From the NCBI GenBank assembly GCA_965223265.1, contig OZ244999.1, positions 8,416,001-8,480,000 of the forward strand: 64,000 nucleotides of DNA, read 5' to 3'. A program made the translations under genes and the position numbers. Below are positions 1 through 8,731 of this stretch, piece after piece (position 1 is the stretch's first letter; each line of letters begins with the position of its first letter). The notes under the pieces were generated by a model. It had not been told where the DNA came from, did no database searches, and saw only the letters and a list, made by a program, of their open reading frames with translations. Source of the DNA: Planctomycetota bacterium (GTDB taxonomy: Bacteria; Planctomycetota; UBA8108; SXIK01).

Positions 1-315
1 AACGTAGTTGCGCTCCTCTTTCGAGCGGTATTGGATCCCGGAGTTGCCACCCTCGATTCTGTATTCGAGCTTGAGCTCGAAGTCGTCGACTTCGCCCTGG
101 GTCCAAATGATGAATGTGTTGCCGCGGGTTGGGTTCCCCACCGTTGTCTGACCCGTGATGGCACCGTCTTCGACGCGCCAAAATTTGCTGATGCCCGACC
201 AGCCGTCGAGGTCGGTGCCGTTGAAGATCGACTTGAACCCGCCATCGTCCGCCGCGGCTACTGCGGACAGACACAAGCTAGTCGCAACGGTGACGCACAA
301 GAGGGAAGTTCGCAT
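1..315 (-). CDS. DUF1080 / 3-keto-disaccharide hydrolase family secreted protein (N-terminal part; runs off the window)
   Basis: Not in the ORF track. My translation from ATG at 315 gives MRTSLLCVTVATSLCLSAVAAADDGGFKSIFNGTDLDGWSGISKFWRVEDGAITG...DDFELKLEYRIEGGNSGIQYRS, with a signal peptide and the typical FNGxDLxGW, WxVEDGAI and NSGIQYRS motifs. An AAGGA RBS lies upstream. Confidence 0.88.
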   Translation of the reverse strand, partial: MRTSLLCVTVATSLCLSAVAAADDGGFKSIFNGTDLDGWSGISKFWRVEDGAITGQTTVGNPTRGNTFIIWTQGEVDDFELKLEYRIEGGNSGIQYRSKEERNYV

Positions 316-583
316 CGTGTCATCCTTGTTTTAGGTTTCTTTGCAGCCCTGCCGCGCGAACCACATCGAAACATGTGCGCAGGGGAGTCGTCAGCTTGTC
401 GACGAGGCTCAAGAAGTGACTGAAGCGTGCTGAGCGTCAAGCGGCGATCTTCTGCCGATCGGTTCGACGTGCAGATCGGGAGAGCCCTTCCCTGGGAAGA
501 CTACCTCGACGCCGTTGGGATTGTAAAGAGGCGCTGAGCGCGCAGCGTCGATTCGAGTGCTTGTTGACGCGACCCCTGCGATC

Positions 584-2875
584 TCACGGCTCGTCGAGGG
601 TGCCCGCGTCCTCGGCCAGGGCGTTTCTGAGAAAATCGCCGCGCGTGCGAACAAAATTGAGCATGCTCGAGGTCGCGTTCGTGATGCGATTGCGCCTTTC
701 GGTGAGATCTCGGCCGAGGTACGTCTCCATCAGAGTCAAGTCTTCGAGAAGACTCTTTTCGATGGGGCCGCGGAGCGCGGTATATGCTTCTTCAGTGAGC
801 TTGCCGCCCGGTGAGATGTGAAGACTCAAAAGGTCGCGGTACACCTGGTCGAGGTCGGACTGCAGATGATGGCTTCGACTGATGAGATTCGGGCGCCAAT
901 TGTCGATCGTGCACGGCCCAGTCGGAAAGATGGGAAACGACACGATCATTTCCGGGCAGCGAAACGTCCCATCCATATCCCAGGGAAAGAGTTCCCACTT
1001 TCCAGTCGGCGTCAGGTCGTTATAGAAGTAGAGATTGTTGTGTGTGCTATCGGTGTGGCCGGTGAGGGCAATGCCGACCGAGTAGAGGCAGACACTGTCG
1101 ATGTTGATTTGACTGAAGACCAGGTCCCGAACGACCGCCGCGTCCTCGGTGTCGAGCTGCGTCGTGATGGTGTCGATGCTGACGTCGCCGGAATGGGGGT
1201 TTGTCCGTTTGATGAAGGCGTTGCGATCCAGTTTGTAGAGATCGCCGTTATTGTCTAGGTCGTTGAGATCGAGAAAGCGCTTATTGACTTGTTGAACGAT
1301 CGTACGCTGGGAGTGGCGTTTCTCGGAGTCGCTCGGCATCGTGTAGTCAATCACGCGAAACCAATCGGTCCACGATGCTCGCGCACCGATTTCACGAAAG
1401 ACCTGAAACGCAAGGTGCTCGACATGGGCGCTATCGGCGAGGGCTTCGATCAGGTTGATCGTACGGTCGTCGCGAAACTCCTGTCCTTTGAGGAACGTCA
1501 GGTTGTGACCGTTTTGGGGGTTGAGATTGGACATCCGCCGTCTCACCTCGGCACCGTCGTAAGCGGTTGGAAACGCGTCGCCAAGATCCTGAATCGCTGC
1601 ACCGCTGACCGGCAGGCGGAAATCAACGAGCGCCGTTTCCAGTCGCGGGAACAACCAAAGGAGCGGCAATTTGGTTTCGACTTCCCCATCGAAGACGAAA
1701 TAGCTGATGAACGCACCTTGGTCGGCCGGATGCGGCAGGATCGTCGTTTCGTCGCTGGTTAGCTCCACCAAAATGTTGGCGCGTACGATCACTTGCGATG
1801 GCGCTGGTGGGATGGTGGCGCGCAGAGTCACGGAGCGTTCCTGCGTGGAGACCACCTGCATTGTCGCGGTGTCCATGTCAGTGAGAACGTCGGCGGCGGT
1901 TTCCCACCGTAGCGTCGCGGCTCGAATGGTATCGGGCGGCGCGTCGAGCACCACGGTGAGGTTGACGCTGTCGGCCGAGCGCGGAGCTTCGGGCTCAACA
2001 TCCACGGCTGCGATCGTCGGATGCGTCGGCGTGCCGAGGGTCGTGTTCTCAAGCCCAGGTGTTCCGCCGAGCGCCGGCCCGGTTTGGCGAAAGGAAGTTC
2101 GCCAGCTGTGGAAATCATCGGCTGGTGCTGCGTAGTCGATGCGCTCGAGCGCCGGCCCATAGCCGTCGGCGCCGATCGGCCAAGGTGGACGATCGTTGTA
2201 GCGGACCGACTCGATCGTGCAGTTGCCGTTCGACAGCGTCAGACGTTCCCCGCCGTCAGCCAGCGTCCCTTCGAAAGGTCCGACCTTGAGTGCGTCCAGC
2301 GCCGGCCAGCGGCTGAAGTCGGGATAGGCTAGGACCACAAGGAAGTCGTTCGGCGGTACGACCGTCCCTTCCGGCATCGTGAACGTGATGCCATTGGTGA
2401 ATTGGTAGCCGCTGACGTCGATCGGAATGTCGGTGCGGTTGTAGAGCTCGACGAACTCGCGTCGCCGGTCGTTGCCGCGGGGATTGTAATTGATTTCGCT
2501 AAAGACGATGGCGTTGGTGGCGTCTGCGTCAGGCTGATCCGCGCAGCCCAAGGGGTCACAAGTCGGATCGGGACCATCTCGAAGCGCCCCCGGATAGGGG
2601 AGCGGATCGCCACCGGCGAAAAGTAGCAGCAGCGTGCTCTGGGCGTCGGCGAGGTCGAGGGCGCCGTCGTCGTTGGCATCGGCTGCATCGTCGCAGCTGA
2701 GTGAAACGTCACCACGAAAGAGCGCCAGAATGTGCGTCACTGCATCGGCCACGTTGACCTGACCATCACGGTTCGCGTCGCCGCGCACGAAATCGGCACA
2801 AAGGCGCGTGCTACTGGTAGAAACCAAGGCTATCGCGACGATCGCAGCGTGACCTGCCGCTCGTCTTATTGACAT
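584..2875 (-). CDS. Secreted dockerin-like + lamin-tail domain (LTD) + CotH kinase family protein
   Basis: Signal peptide; FVRGDANRDG...DAADANDDGALDLAD dockerin-type Ca-binding pair; IVFSEINYNP...EFVELYN (LTD); HNNLYFY...WELFPWDMD (CotH-like). Confidence 0.85.
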   Translation of the reverse strand: MSIRRAAGHAAIVAIALVSTSSTRLCADFVRGDANRDGQVNVADAVTHILALFRGDVSLSCDDAADANDDGALDLADAQSTLLLLFAGGDPLPYPGALRDGPDPTCDPLGCADQPDADATNAIVFSEINYNPRGNDRRREFVELYNRTDIPIDVSGYQFTNGITFTMPEGTVVPPNDFLVVLAYPDFSRWPALDALKVGPFEGTLADGGERLTLSNGNCTIESVRYNDRPPWPIGADGYGPALERIDYAAPADDFHSWRTSFRQTGPALGGTPGLENTTLGTPTHPTIAAVDVEPEAPRSADSVNLTVVLDAPPDTIRAATLRWETAADVLTDMDTATMQVVSTQERSVTLRATIPPAPSQVIVRANILVELTSDETTILPHPADQGAFISYFVFDGEVETKLPLLWLFPRLETALVDFRLPVSGAAIQDLGDAFPTAYDGAEVRRRMSNLNPQNGHNLTFLKGQEFRDDRTINLIEALADSAHVEHLAFQVFREIGARASWTDWFRVIDYTMPSDSEKRHSQRTIVQQVNKRFLDLNDLDNNGDLYKLDRNAFIKRTNPHSGDVSIDTITTQLDTEDAAVVRDLVFSQINIDSVCLYSVGIALTGHTDSTHNNLYFYNDLTPTGKWELFPWDMDGTFRCPEMIVSFPIFPTGPCTIDNWRPNLISRSHHLQSDLDQVYRDLLSLHISPGGKLTEEAYTALRGPIEKSLLEDLTLMETYLGRDLTERRNRITNATSSMLNFVRTRGDFLRNALAEDAGTLDEP

Positions 2876-2999
2876 GAGATTCCTCTTGGGGGTGGGGGAG
2901 GGAAAGGTCGAGTGTACCCCCCGTCCGGACGAACCACAACGTTCGGTGCGATGTTCGGGGAAGGGATCGAGGACGCGAGGCGCGGGCGAGCCTTGCTAG

Positions 3000-3251
3000 C
3001 TCGAGTTTGGCCATTTCGCGCCGGCCTGGCGGACGAGTTTCGCGGGGATTCAAAGGCCCATTCGACTTTTTTGTACCCTGAGAACCCTTGTGCATGTTCA
3101 AAAACTCCTGTCCGGCCCTTCGGGGAGAGCCAGGAGCGCCGATGCCCGCGCCCGTCCTCCGCCACGACCCGAGCACGATCGCGCCCGAGTCGCTCCTTGG
3201 CCTCGACGCTCCTGGCGCTGGCAGGCTCGACGCGAAATGGCCAAACTCGAG
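3000..3251. mobile_element. Putative MITE (252 bp) with 21-bp perfect terminal inverted repeats and GCTAG flanking direct repeats
   Basis: CTCGAGTTTGGCCATTTCGCG at 3000-3020 is the exact reverse complement of CGCGAAATGGCCAAACTCGAG at 3231-3251. GCTAG flanks both sides (2995-2999, 3252-3256). The element is intergenic and has no convincing ORF. Confidence 0.7.
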
Positions 3252-3304
3252 GCTAGGCGCTGCAATTCCTTTTGCAACGGCAGTCAGATTCCGTGTCCGT
3301 GCGA

Positions 3305-4939
3305 CTACCAGAGCAAGTAGAACGTCAGATACACAGCTGCGGCCAACAGAACCAACGCAAACCAACGCGGTTCGAGTAGGCGCGGCACCTCGCTCTTGAA
3401 CGGATGCTCGCGCAGCTCGGGCAATTCTCGCCGGCTGCGCTCAAGCCACGTGTCGTTCGCCTGTTCCACGTCGTTCGCCTGCTGCCGCGGCTCACGCCCG
3501 AGCACCACGGTGACCAAGGCCATAGGTGTCAGCGTGAACAGCAGCGACCAAAGGAACGCGACCCACGCACCCGTGAACCAAGGCTGCAGCCAGGAGAGGT
3601 CTTTTTCGCGGTCAATCAGCGCGAGCACGCCATAGGCGCCGCCGCACAGAAGCCCCACGAGCCCGCTACGGCGGTGCACCCGCGAGAACACTCCGGCGAC
3701 ATAGATCGCCAGTAGGGGCGTCACGAACACCGGAATCAGCGTCGTCAGCGCTTGGATCATCGTTGGCTTTTTGGCGATGAAAGGGATGTAGCAGAAACCG
3801 AGAGCGAGAACGCCGATCGTGAAGTAGCGGCTGGCAACAACGTAATGCGCATCCGGTGCGTTGCGCCGGATCAGCCGCGCGTAGAAGTCGCGCGTCAGGA
3901 GGGCCGAGAGTGCAGAGCCCATGGAGTCGAACGTGCTGATGGATGCAGCGACAATCGCCGCGACCACGACACCACGGAAACCGGATGCCAGGTATTCACT
4001 GACGAGGCGAGAGAACGCGGCGTCACCCTGCTGAAGGTTTGGAAACAACACTCGAGCAAATACGCCAAGACTCAGACACACCAAAAGCATCGGCATACTG
4101 AGTGCAGCCCCAAGCAGAGCGGCCATTTTCATGTCCCACAGAGAACGACAACCCATCAGCCGCATCGTCTGAGTGTGATTCACCGTCCAGTATCCACACG
4201 CGATGATTATCCAACCGCAAGCGATCACGATCGGCGAGGTCTCGCCATTTTCGCCTCGGTAGCCACTGACTCGTGAAAGTTGTCCGAGATCATTCTTCTC
4301 CAATCGCGACACCATCTCGCTCCACCCGCCGACGACATTCCAAACGACCACGAAGAGGACGAGAGCACCGGCGATCATGATGAGGCCTTGAAGTGCATCA
4401 GTTACAACCACGGATTTGAGGCCGCCCCACGCCGTGTAGATGGCGACGAAGATCACGGCGATGACGATCAAGCTCCACGCTGCGAACGATGTCAGACCGA
4501 CGAGCTGCGTGAGCAGAAGATACACAGCCCACGTCATGAGGCCGAGCATGGTGCTACGATACTGCACTTGGATGAAGGCGCTGAGAACTCGGGTAGTGGG
4601 ACCAAAGCGCGCTTCGAGGTACTCTGCATTAGTGAAGATTCCGCTGCGGTAGATCGCTGGTACGATCCAGAACGCTGCGAGCACTGCTCCGAGCACGGTT
4701 CCCACCGAGTGCACCGTAAAGAAGTGAAGCCCGTTGGCGTAGGCGCCGCCGACCATCGAGGTCAGGTCCGCGTTGTCGACGTTCGTTGCGAACATCGAGA
4801 TGCCGACCATCCACCACGGCAGCGCACGCGCACCGAGAAACCACTCACTACTCGTCTTCGTACCGCGTGCTGATACGAAGCCGTAGATGACCACGGCGCC
4901 ATTGAGAAGGAGAACGACGATCCAATCGACCAAAGTCAC
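3305..4939 (-). CDS. Sodium:solute symporter (SSS family)
   Basis: Many TM helices; FLGARALPWWMVGISMFATN, YLEARFG, GGLKSVVVTDALQ and ASISTFDS are SSS signatures. Confidence 0.92.
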   Translation of the reverse strand: MTLVDWIVVLLLNGAVVIYGFVSARGTKTSSEWFLGARALPWWMVGISMFATNVDNADLTSMVGGAYANGLHFFTVHSVGTVLGAVLAAFWIVPAIYRSGIFTNAEYLEARFGPTTRVLSAFIQVQYRSTMLGLMTWAVYLLLTQLVGLTSFAAWSLIVIAVIFVAIYTAWGGLKSVVVTDALQGLIMIAGALVLFVVVWNVVGGWSEMVSRLEKNDLGQLSRVSGYRGENGETSPIVIACGWIIIACGYWTVNHTQTMRLMGCRSLWDMKMAALLGAALSMPMLLVCLSLGVFARVLFPNLQQGDAAFSRLVSEYLASGFRGVVVAAIVAASISTFDSMGSALSALLTRDFYARLIRRNAPDAHYVVASRYFTIGVLALGFCYIPFIAKKPTMIQALTTLIPVFVTPLLAIYVAGVFSRVHRRSGLVGLLCGGAYGVLALIDREKDLSWLQPWFTGAWVAFLWSLLFTLTPMALVTVVLGREPRQQANDVEQANDTWLERSRRELPELREHPFKSEVPRLLEPRWFALVLLAAAVYLTFYLLW

Positions 4940-6060
4940 CGGCGAGGTTCCTCAGTATCGGCTGCGGCGGAATTGATCTCCGGAAACTCGCTCTGGTAGG
5001 TAGCGGTCGGTGATGGGTCGGCATTCGAGTGGCTGGCTTCAAAGGCTCCGCCCTCAAGCCGGCGGATGGCGTCGGGCCAAAACAGTTCTAGTTCGCGTTC
5101 CTGTTTCGTCTGCACCGGGATCTGATAGTGGCGGTTGGTGTATTTCAGCGGTCGCCCATCGGCTTCGCGATGATTCACGAACTGTCGATGATTGTCGAGG
5201 CGTGCTCGGACGCGCTGGATGCCAAGCTCGCGCGCACTTGGAAGCCGACTTGCCGCCTGTTCGACGAGGCTCGTCTTCACCTCGACCCCAATGCTGCTGC
5301 GGGCAGAGCAGACAGCGGCGAGCGTCGATGTTCCTGTGCCGAGAAACGGATCCAGAACGGTGTCGCCGATAATAGAGAACATCTGGATCAGCCGGTACGC
5401 TAGCTCAAAAGGAAACGCACCGCTGCGGCTGCGAGCGCTAGGGTCGATGCGACTTTGCGCCGCCCCCTTCAGGTCGAACCAAACGTCGGAGAACCACTGA
5501 TTGCGCTCCTCCCAGAAGTACGCACTTCGGCGCCGCAGCGTCTTCTCGTCGTCGCTGTCGAAGTGTCGTTTTCCTCCCTTGCGAAAGACCAGAATGTACT
5601 CGTGCTCGTACGTGACATACGCCCCCGGGGGGAGCATCCCGGAGCCAAGAAACTTGTTCGGCGCATTGGTCTGTTTGCGCCAGATGAGATCAGGAAGCGC
5701 AACAAACCCAAGGGCGGTGGCGCTCGTCACGATGCGACTATGATTCGAGAAGAGTTGAAATTCTCCGGAGAGGGTGCGTGTGGCATCGCCGATGTTGATG
5801 CAGGCGATGCCACCCGGTCTCAGCACACGGAAGCATTCACGCCACACTTTGTCGAGCTCGAGATGCATGAGCTCGAACGCGCGCCGGTAGTCATCCGCCT
5901 CGAGACTCTTGCCAACCTCCTCGTTGAGCTCGGCAAATGCGCCGTCCCACATTTCGACCATCGGGTAGGGTGGCGACGTGACGACGAGCTCGACTGAGCC
6001 GTCGTTGACGCTCCGGAGCTGCCGTGCGTCGCCAAGTTCGATGCGGTGCGTGGTCTTCAT
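4936..6060 (-). CDS. Orphan beta-class N4-cytosine DNA methyltransferase, M.MthZI/M.MjaI/Zim (CTAG)-like
   Basis: Catalytic TSPPY motif precedes the SAM-binding DPFLGTGT motif (beta order). Blocks INIGDATR, WRKQTNAPNKFLGSGMLPP, YFWEERNQWFSD and PFELAYRLI match my recollection of the CTAG m4C MTases. Likely start MKTTHRI at 6060. Stop overlaps the SSS start (GTGA). Confidence 0.9.
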   Translation of the reverse strand: MKTTHRIELGDARQLRSVNDGSVELVVTSPPYPMVEMWDGAFAELNEEVGKSLEADDYRRAFELMHLELDKVWRECFRVLRPGGIACINIGDATRTLSGEFQLFSNHSRIVTSATALGFVALPDLIWRKQTNAPNKFLGSGMLPPGAYVTYEHEYILVFRKGGKRHFDSDDEKTLRRRSAYFWEERNQWFSDVWFDLKGAAQSRIDPSARSRSGAFPFELAYRLIQMFSIIGDTVLDPFLGTGTSTLAAVCSARSSIGVEVKTSLVEQAASRLPSARELGIQRVRARLDNHRQFVNHREADGRPLKYTNRHYQIPVQTKQERELELFWPDAIRRLEGGAFEASHSNADPSPTATYQSEFPEINSAAADTEEPRR

Positions 6061-6461
6061 AGGCAGCTCATGTCCCCGGCGTAGCTGATGGATGGCGTTA
6101 GAGTTCAACAGATGGACAGAGTCTCGACAAGCAAGATCATGGTGGTGGTCGAAGTACAGGACTTGTTCTGGGCGCGGCCGACCCCGACCGCCCGATTCGT
6201 GCCACGGGTCGAAACCGACGACAGGCGAGAACTCTGTAGTGGGAGCCGCCAGATTTTGATCGATCGCGCGGTTTTCGGCGCAGTGATGTCGAGACCGTAC
6301 CGCTCTGACCCGGAAGCGGAGTTTCGGTAGAACGTCTCAACGTTCAGTCGCGAACTCACTTGATCCACTCCCATTGTGGCGGCGCGTTTTTTGCAGCCTC
6401 ATCGCTGGCGGAAGGTGGTTCCGCTTGAATCTGAGCCTGCAGCATTCGTGAGGAACGATTC

Positions 6462-8672
6462 TTGCCACCCACGAGGCGATCCGAACGTTGGGTCTTCGCT
6501 CTTGGAACATTGCCGCGCGCTTGGGCTACCGCCGTGGTCGTGGGCCTCGCGCTGACGCACGCTGCGTGTAGAGACGGGAGCAGCGGTGGGGGCGAGTCGT
6601 TCGGCCTCACGTCGAGAGCGATCGTTGAGGGTCTGACGTTTCCCGACGGGTTGCCGAGTCCGACGCCGCTCACTCCCATCCGGCGATTCCCGCAGTTGAC
6701 GTTCTCTGCGCCGGTGTTCCTGACCGCACCTCCGGACGGAAGTGACCGCATCGCGGTGGTCGAGAAGGCGGGTGTGATCCACATCTTCCCCAACGACGAC
6801 GCCGTGACCGCCACGACCGTGTTTCTGGATCACCGCGCCGTCGTGCGACCGGACGGTGAAGGTGGACTTCTCGGCTTGGCTTTCCATCCAGACTATGCGA
6901 CCAACGGCTTTTTCTACGTCTACTACACCTTCGGTCCGACTTTCGACTCCCGCGTCTCGCGTTGGCGAGTCGATTCTATCGACCCAAACCGCGCGGACGC
7001 TTCGTCAGAGGAAGTCCTTCTTGAATTCGATCAGCCATTCGCAAACCACAACGGCGGCATGATCGCTTTTGGTCCCGATGGCATGCTCTACATCGCTACC
7101 GGCGACGGCGGTGGCGCGAACGATCCGTTCGACAATTCGCAGAACCTCGGCAACCTTCTGGGAAAGGTCCTGCGACTCGATCCGGACGGTGGCGTGCCGG
7201 CGGACAATCCATTCGTCGGCATGCCGACTGCGCGCGGGGAGATCTGGGCGTACGGTCTGCGAAATCCGTGGCGCTTTAGCTTCGATCGCGCCACCGGGGA
7301 CCTCTGGCTGGGCGACGTGGGCCAGAACGGATTCGAAGAAGTCGATCTGATCGAGAGAGGCGGCAACTATGGATGGCGTGTCTACGAAGGCAACAGCTCA
7401 GCGATCAACCCGTTCGATCTGCCGGCCTCTGATTTTGCCGCACCTGTGATCGCCTACGATCACTCGTTGGGTGCGAGTGTCACCGGTGGGTACGTATATC
7501 GAGGATCGCGGTTGAGCTCGCTCGTCGGGTCCTATCTGTACGGTGACTTCACCAGCGGCAACATTTGGGCGTTGGTCTACGATGGTGATCAAGTCATCTC
7601 GGCCGAACAGGTGGCAACGCTCATCACCCCAAGCTCATTCGGCGAGGACGAAGCTGGCGAGGTCTATGCGGTGTCGTTCAACACTGGCGAGATCTACTGG
7701 TTCGAAGAGAATTCCCCGCCGCCAACGCCAACGTTCCCCCAGCTGCTCTCGGAGACCGGACTGTTTACCGATCTCGCGTCGCTCACGCCAACTCCCGGGC
7801 TCATCGAGTATGACGTCAACGTGCGCTTTTGGTCGGACGGAGCGGAGAAGAGGCGGTGGATGGCTCTTCCAGGGATGAGTCGTATGGGGTTCACGATCGA
7901 CGCGGCGTACGAGTTTCCCGTCGGCACGGTTCTGGTCAAACATTTCGAACTGCCGATTTCTGCCGTGGAGAGTCGGCGTGTCGAGCTGCGTGTCTTGCTC
8001 AAAACAGCCGCTGGATGGGAGGGTTATTCCTATCGGTGGCGCGATGCGCAGAATGACGGTGACTTGATGGTTGGGTCCAATACCGAGGACTTTACGATCG
8101 AGACTGATGGCGGCGGGACACGTCAACAGACGTGGTACTACCCCAGCAGGTCGGACTGCGGGCGGTGTCACACGGCCGCGGCTGGGTTTGTTCTTGGCAT
8201 TCGAACCCGCCAGCTGAATCGTGATTTCGACTACGCCCTGCAGACGGACAACCAGCTCCGGTCGTGGAATCACATCGATCTATTCAAAACCTCGATAGGC
8301 GATCCGTCGCTCTTCGGGCGACTCGTCAACCCTTACGATCCGACGAGCGATCTTGACGCACGAGCTCGTTCCTACTTGGCAGTGAACTGTTCTGGATGCC
8401 ATAGACCCGGCGGGCCGACTCCAGTGGGTCTCGACTTTCGCTACAGTACACCTCTCTCGCTCATGGATGCAGTTGACGTCCCACCGAACGCGGGCGACCT
8501 TGGACTACCCGACGCCGCGATCATTCGATCGGGGACGAAGGAGTCGAGCGTGCTTTGGGAGCGCATGCAGCGAACCGATGGGTTCCGCATGCCTCCTCTC
8601 GGCACACTCGAAGTCGATACAGATGGGGTCGACTTGATCGGCGAGTGGATCGACGCTGGCCCAACGTCGTGA
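6462..8672 (+). CDS. PQQ-dependent glucose/sorbosone dehydrogenase family protein fused to a di-heme cytochrome c domain (probable lipoprotein)
   Basis: GEGGLLGLAFHPD, NHNGGMIAFGPDGMLYI, GLRNPWRFSFD and GGNYGW; two CxxCH motifs (CGRCH, CSGCH) and MPP near the C-terminus; lipobox-like HAAC. Confidence 0.9.
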   Translation: MPPTRRSERWVFALGTLPRAWATAVVVGLALTHAACRDGSSGGGESFGLTSRAIVEGLTFPDGLPSPTPLTPIRRFPQLTFSAPVFLTAPPDGSDRIAVVEKAGVIHIFPNDDAVTATTVFLDHRAVVRPDGEGGLLGLAFHPDYATNGFFYVYYTFGPTFDSRVSRWRVDSIDPNRADASSEEVLLEFDQPFANHNGGMIAFGPDGMLYIATGDGGGANDPFDNSQNLGNLLGKVLRLDPDGGVPADNPFVGMPTARGEIWAYGLRNPWRFSFDRATGDLWLGDVGQNGFEEVDLIERGGNYGWRVYEGNSSAINPFDLPASDFAAPVIAYDHSLGASVTGGYVYRGSRLSSLVGSYLYGDFTSGNIWALVYDGDQVISAEQVATLITPSSFGEDEAGEVYAVSFNTGEIYWFEENSPPPTPTFPQLLSETGLFTDLASLTPTPGLIEYDVNVRFWSDGAEKRRWMALPGMSRMGFTIDAAYEFPVGTVLVKHFELPISAVESRRVELRVLLKTAAGWEGYSYRWRDAQNDGDLMVGSNTEDFTIETDGGGTRQQTWYYPSRSDCGRCHTAAAGFVLGIRTRQLNRDFDYALQTDNQLRSWNHIDLFKTSIGDPSLFGRLVNPYDPTSDLDARARSYLAVNCSGCHRPGGPTPVGLDFRYSTPLSLMDAVDVPPNAGDLGLPDAAIIRSGTKESSVLWERMQRTDGFRMPPLGTLEVDTDGVDLIGEWIDAGPTS

Positions 8673-8731
8673 CGCCCAGCAAACGGTCGAGCTGCGCGGC
8701 GTTCGCGCTGAGCCGACCGCACGTCACAACT

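Noticed and set aside
6061-6460. Possible cognate restriction endonuclease or controller gene upstream of the MTase
   Set aside because: Only short ORFs with no PD-(D/E)xK, HNH or HTH pattern, and too little space.
6480-6493. Partial matches to the TetR palindrome (also 2934-2947)
   Set aside because: Two to three mismatches, broken symmetry and far from tetR; compatible with chance.
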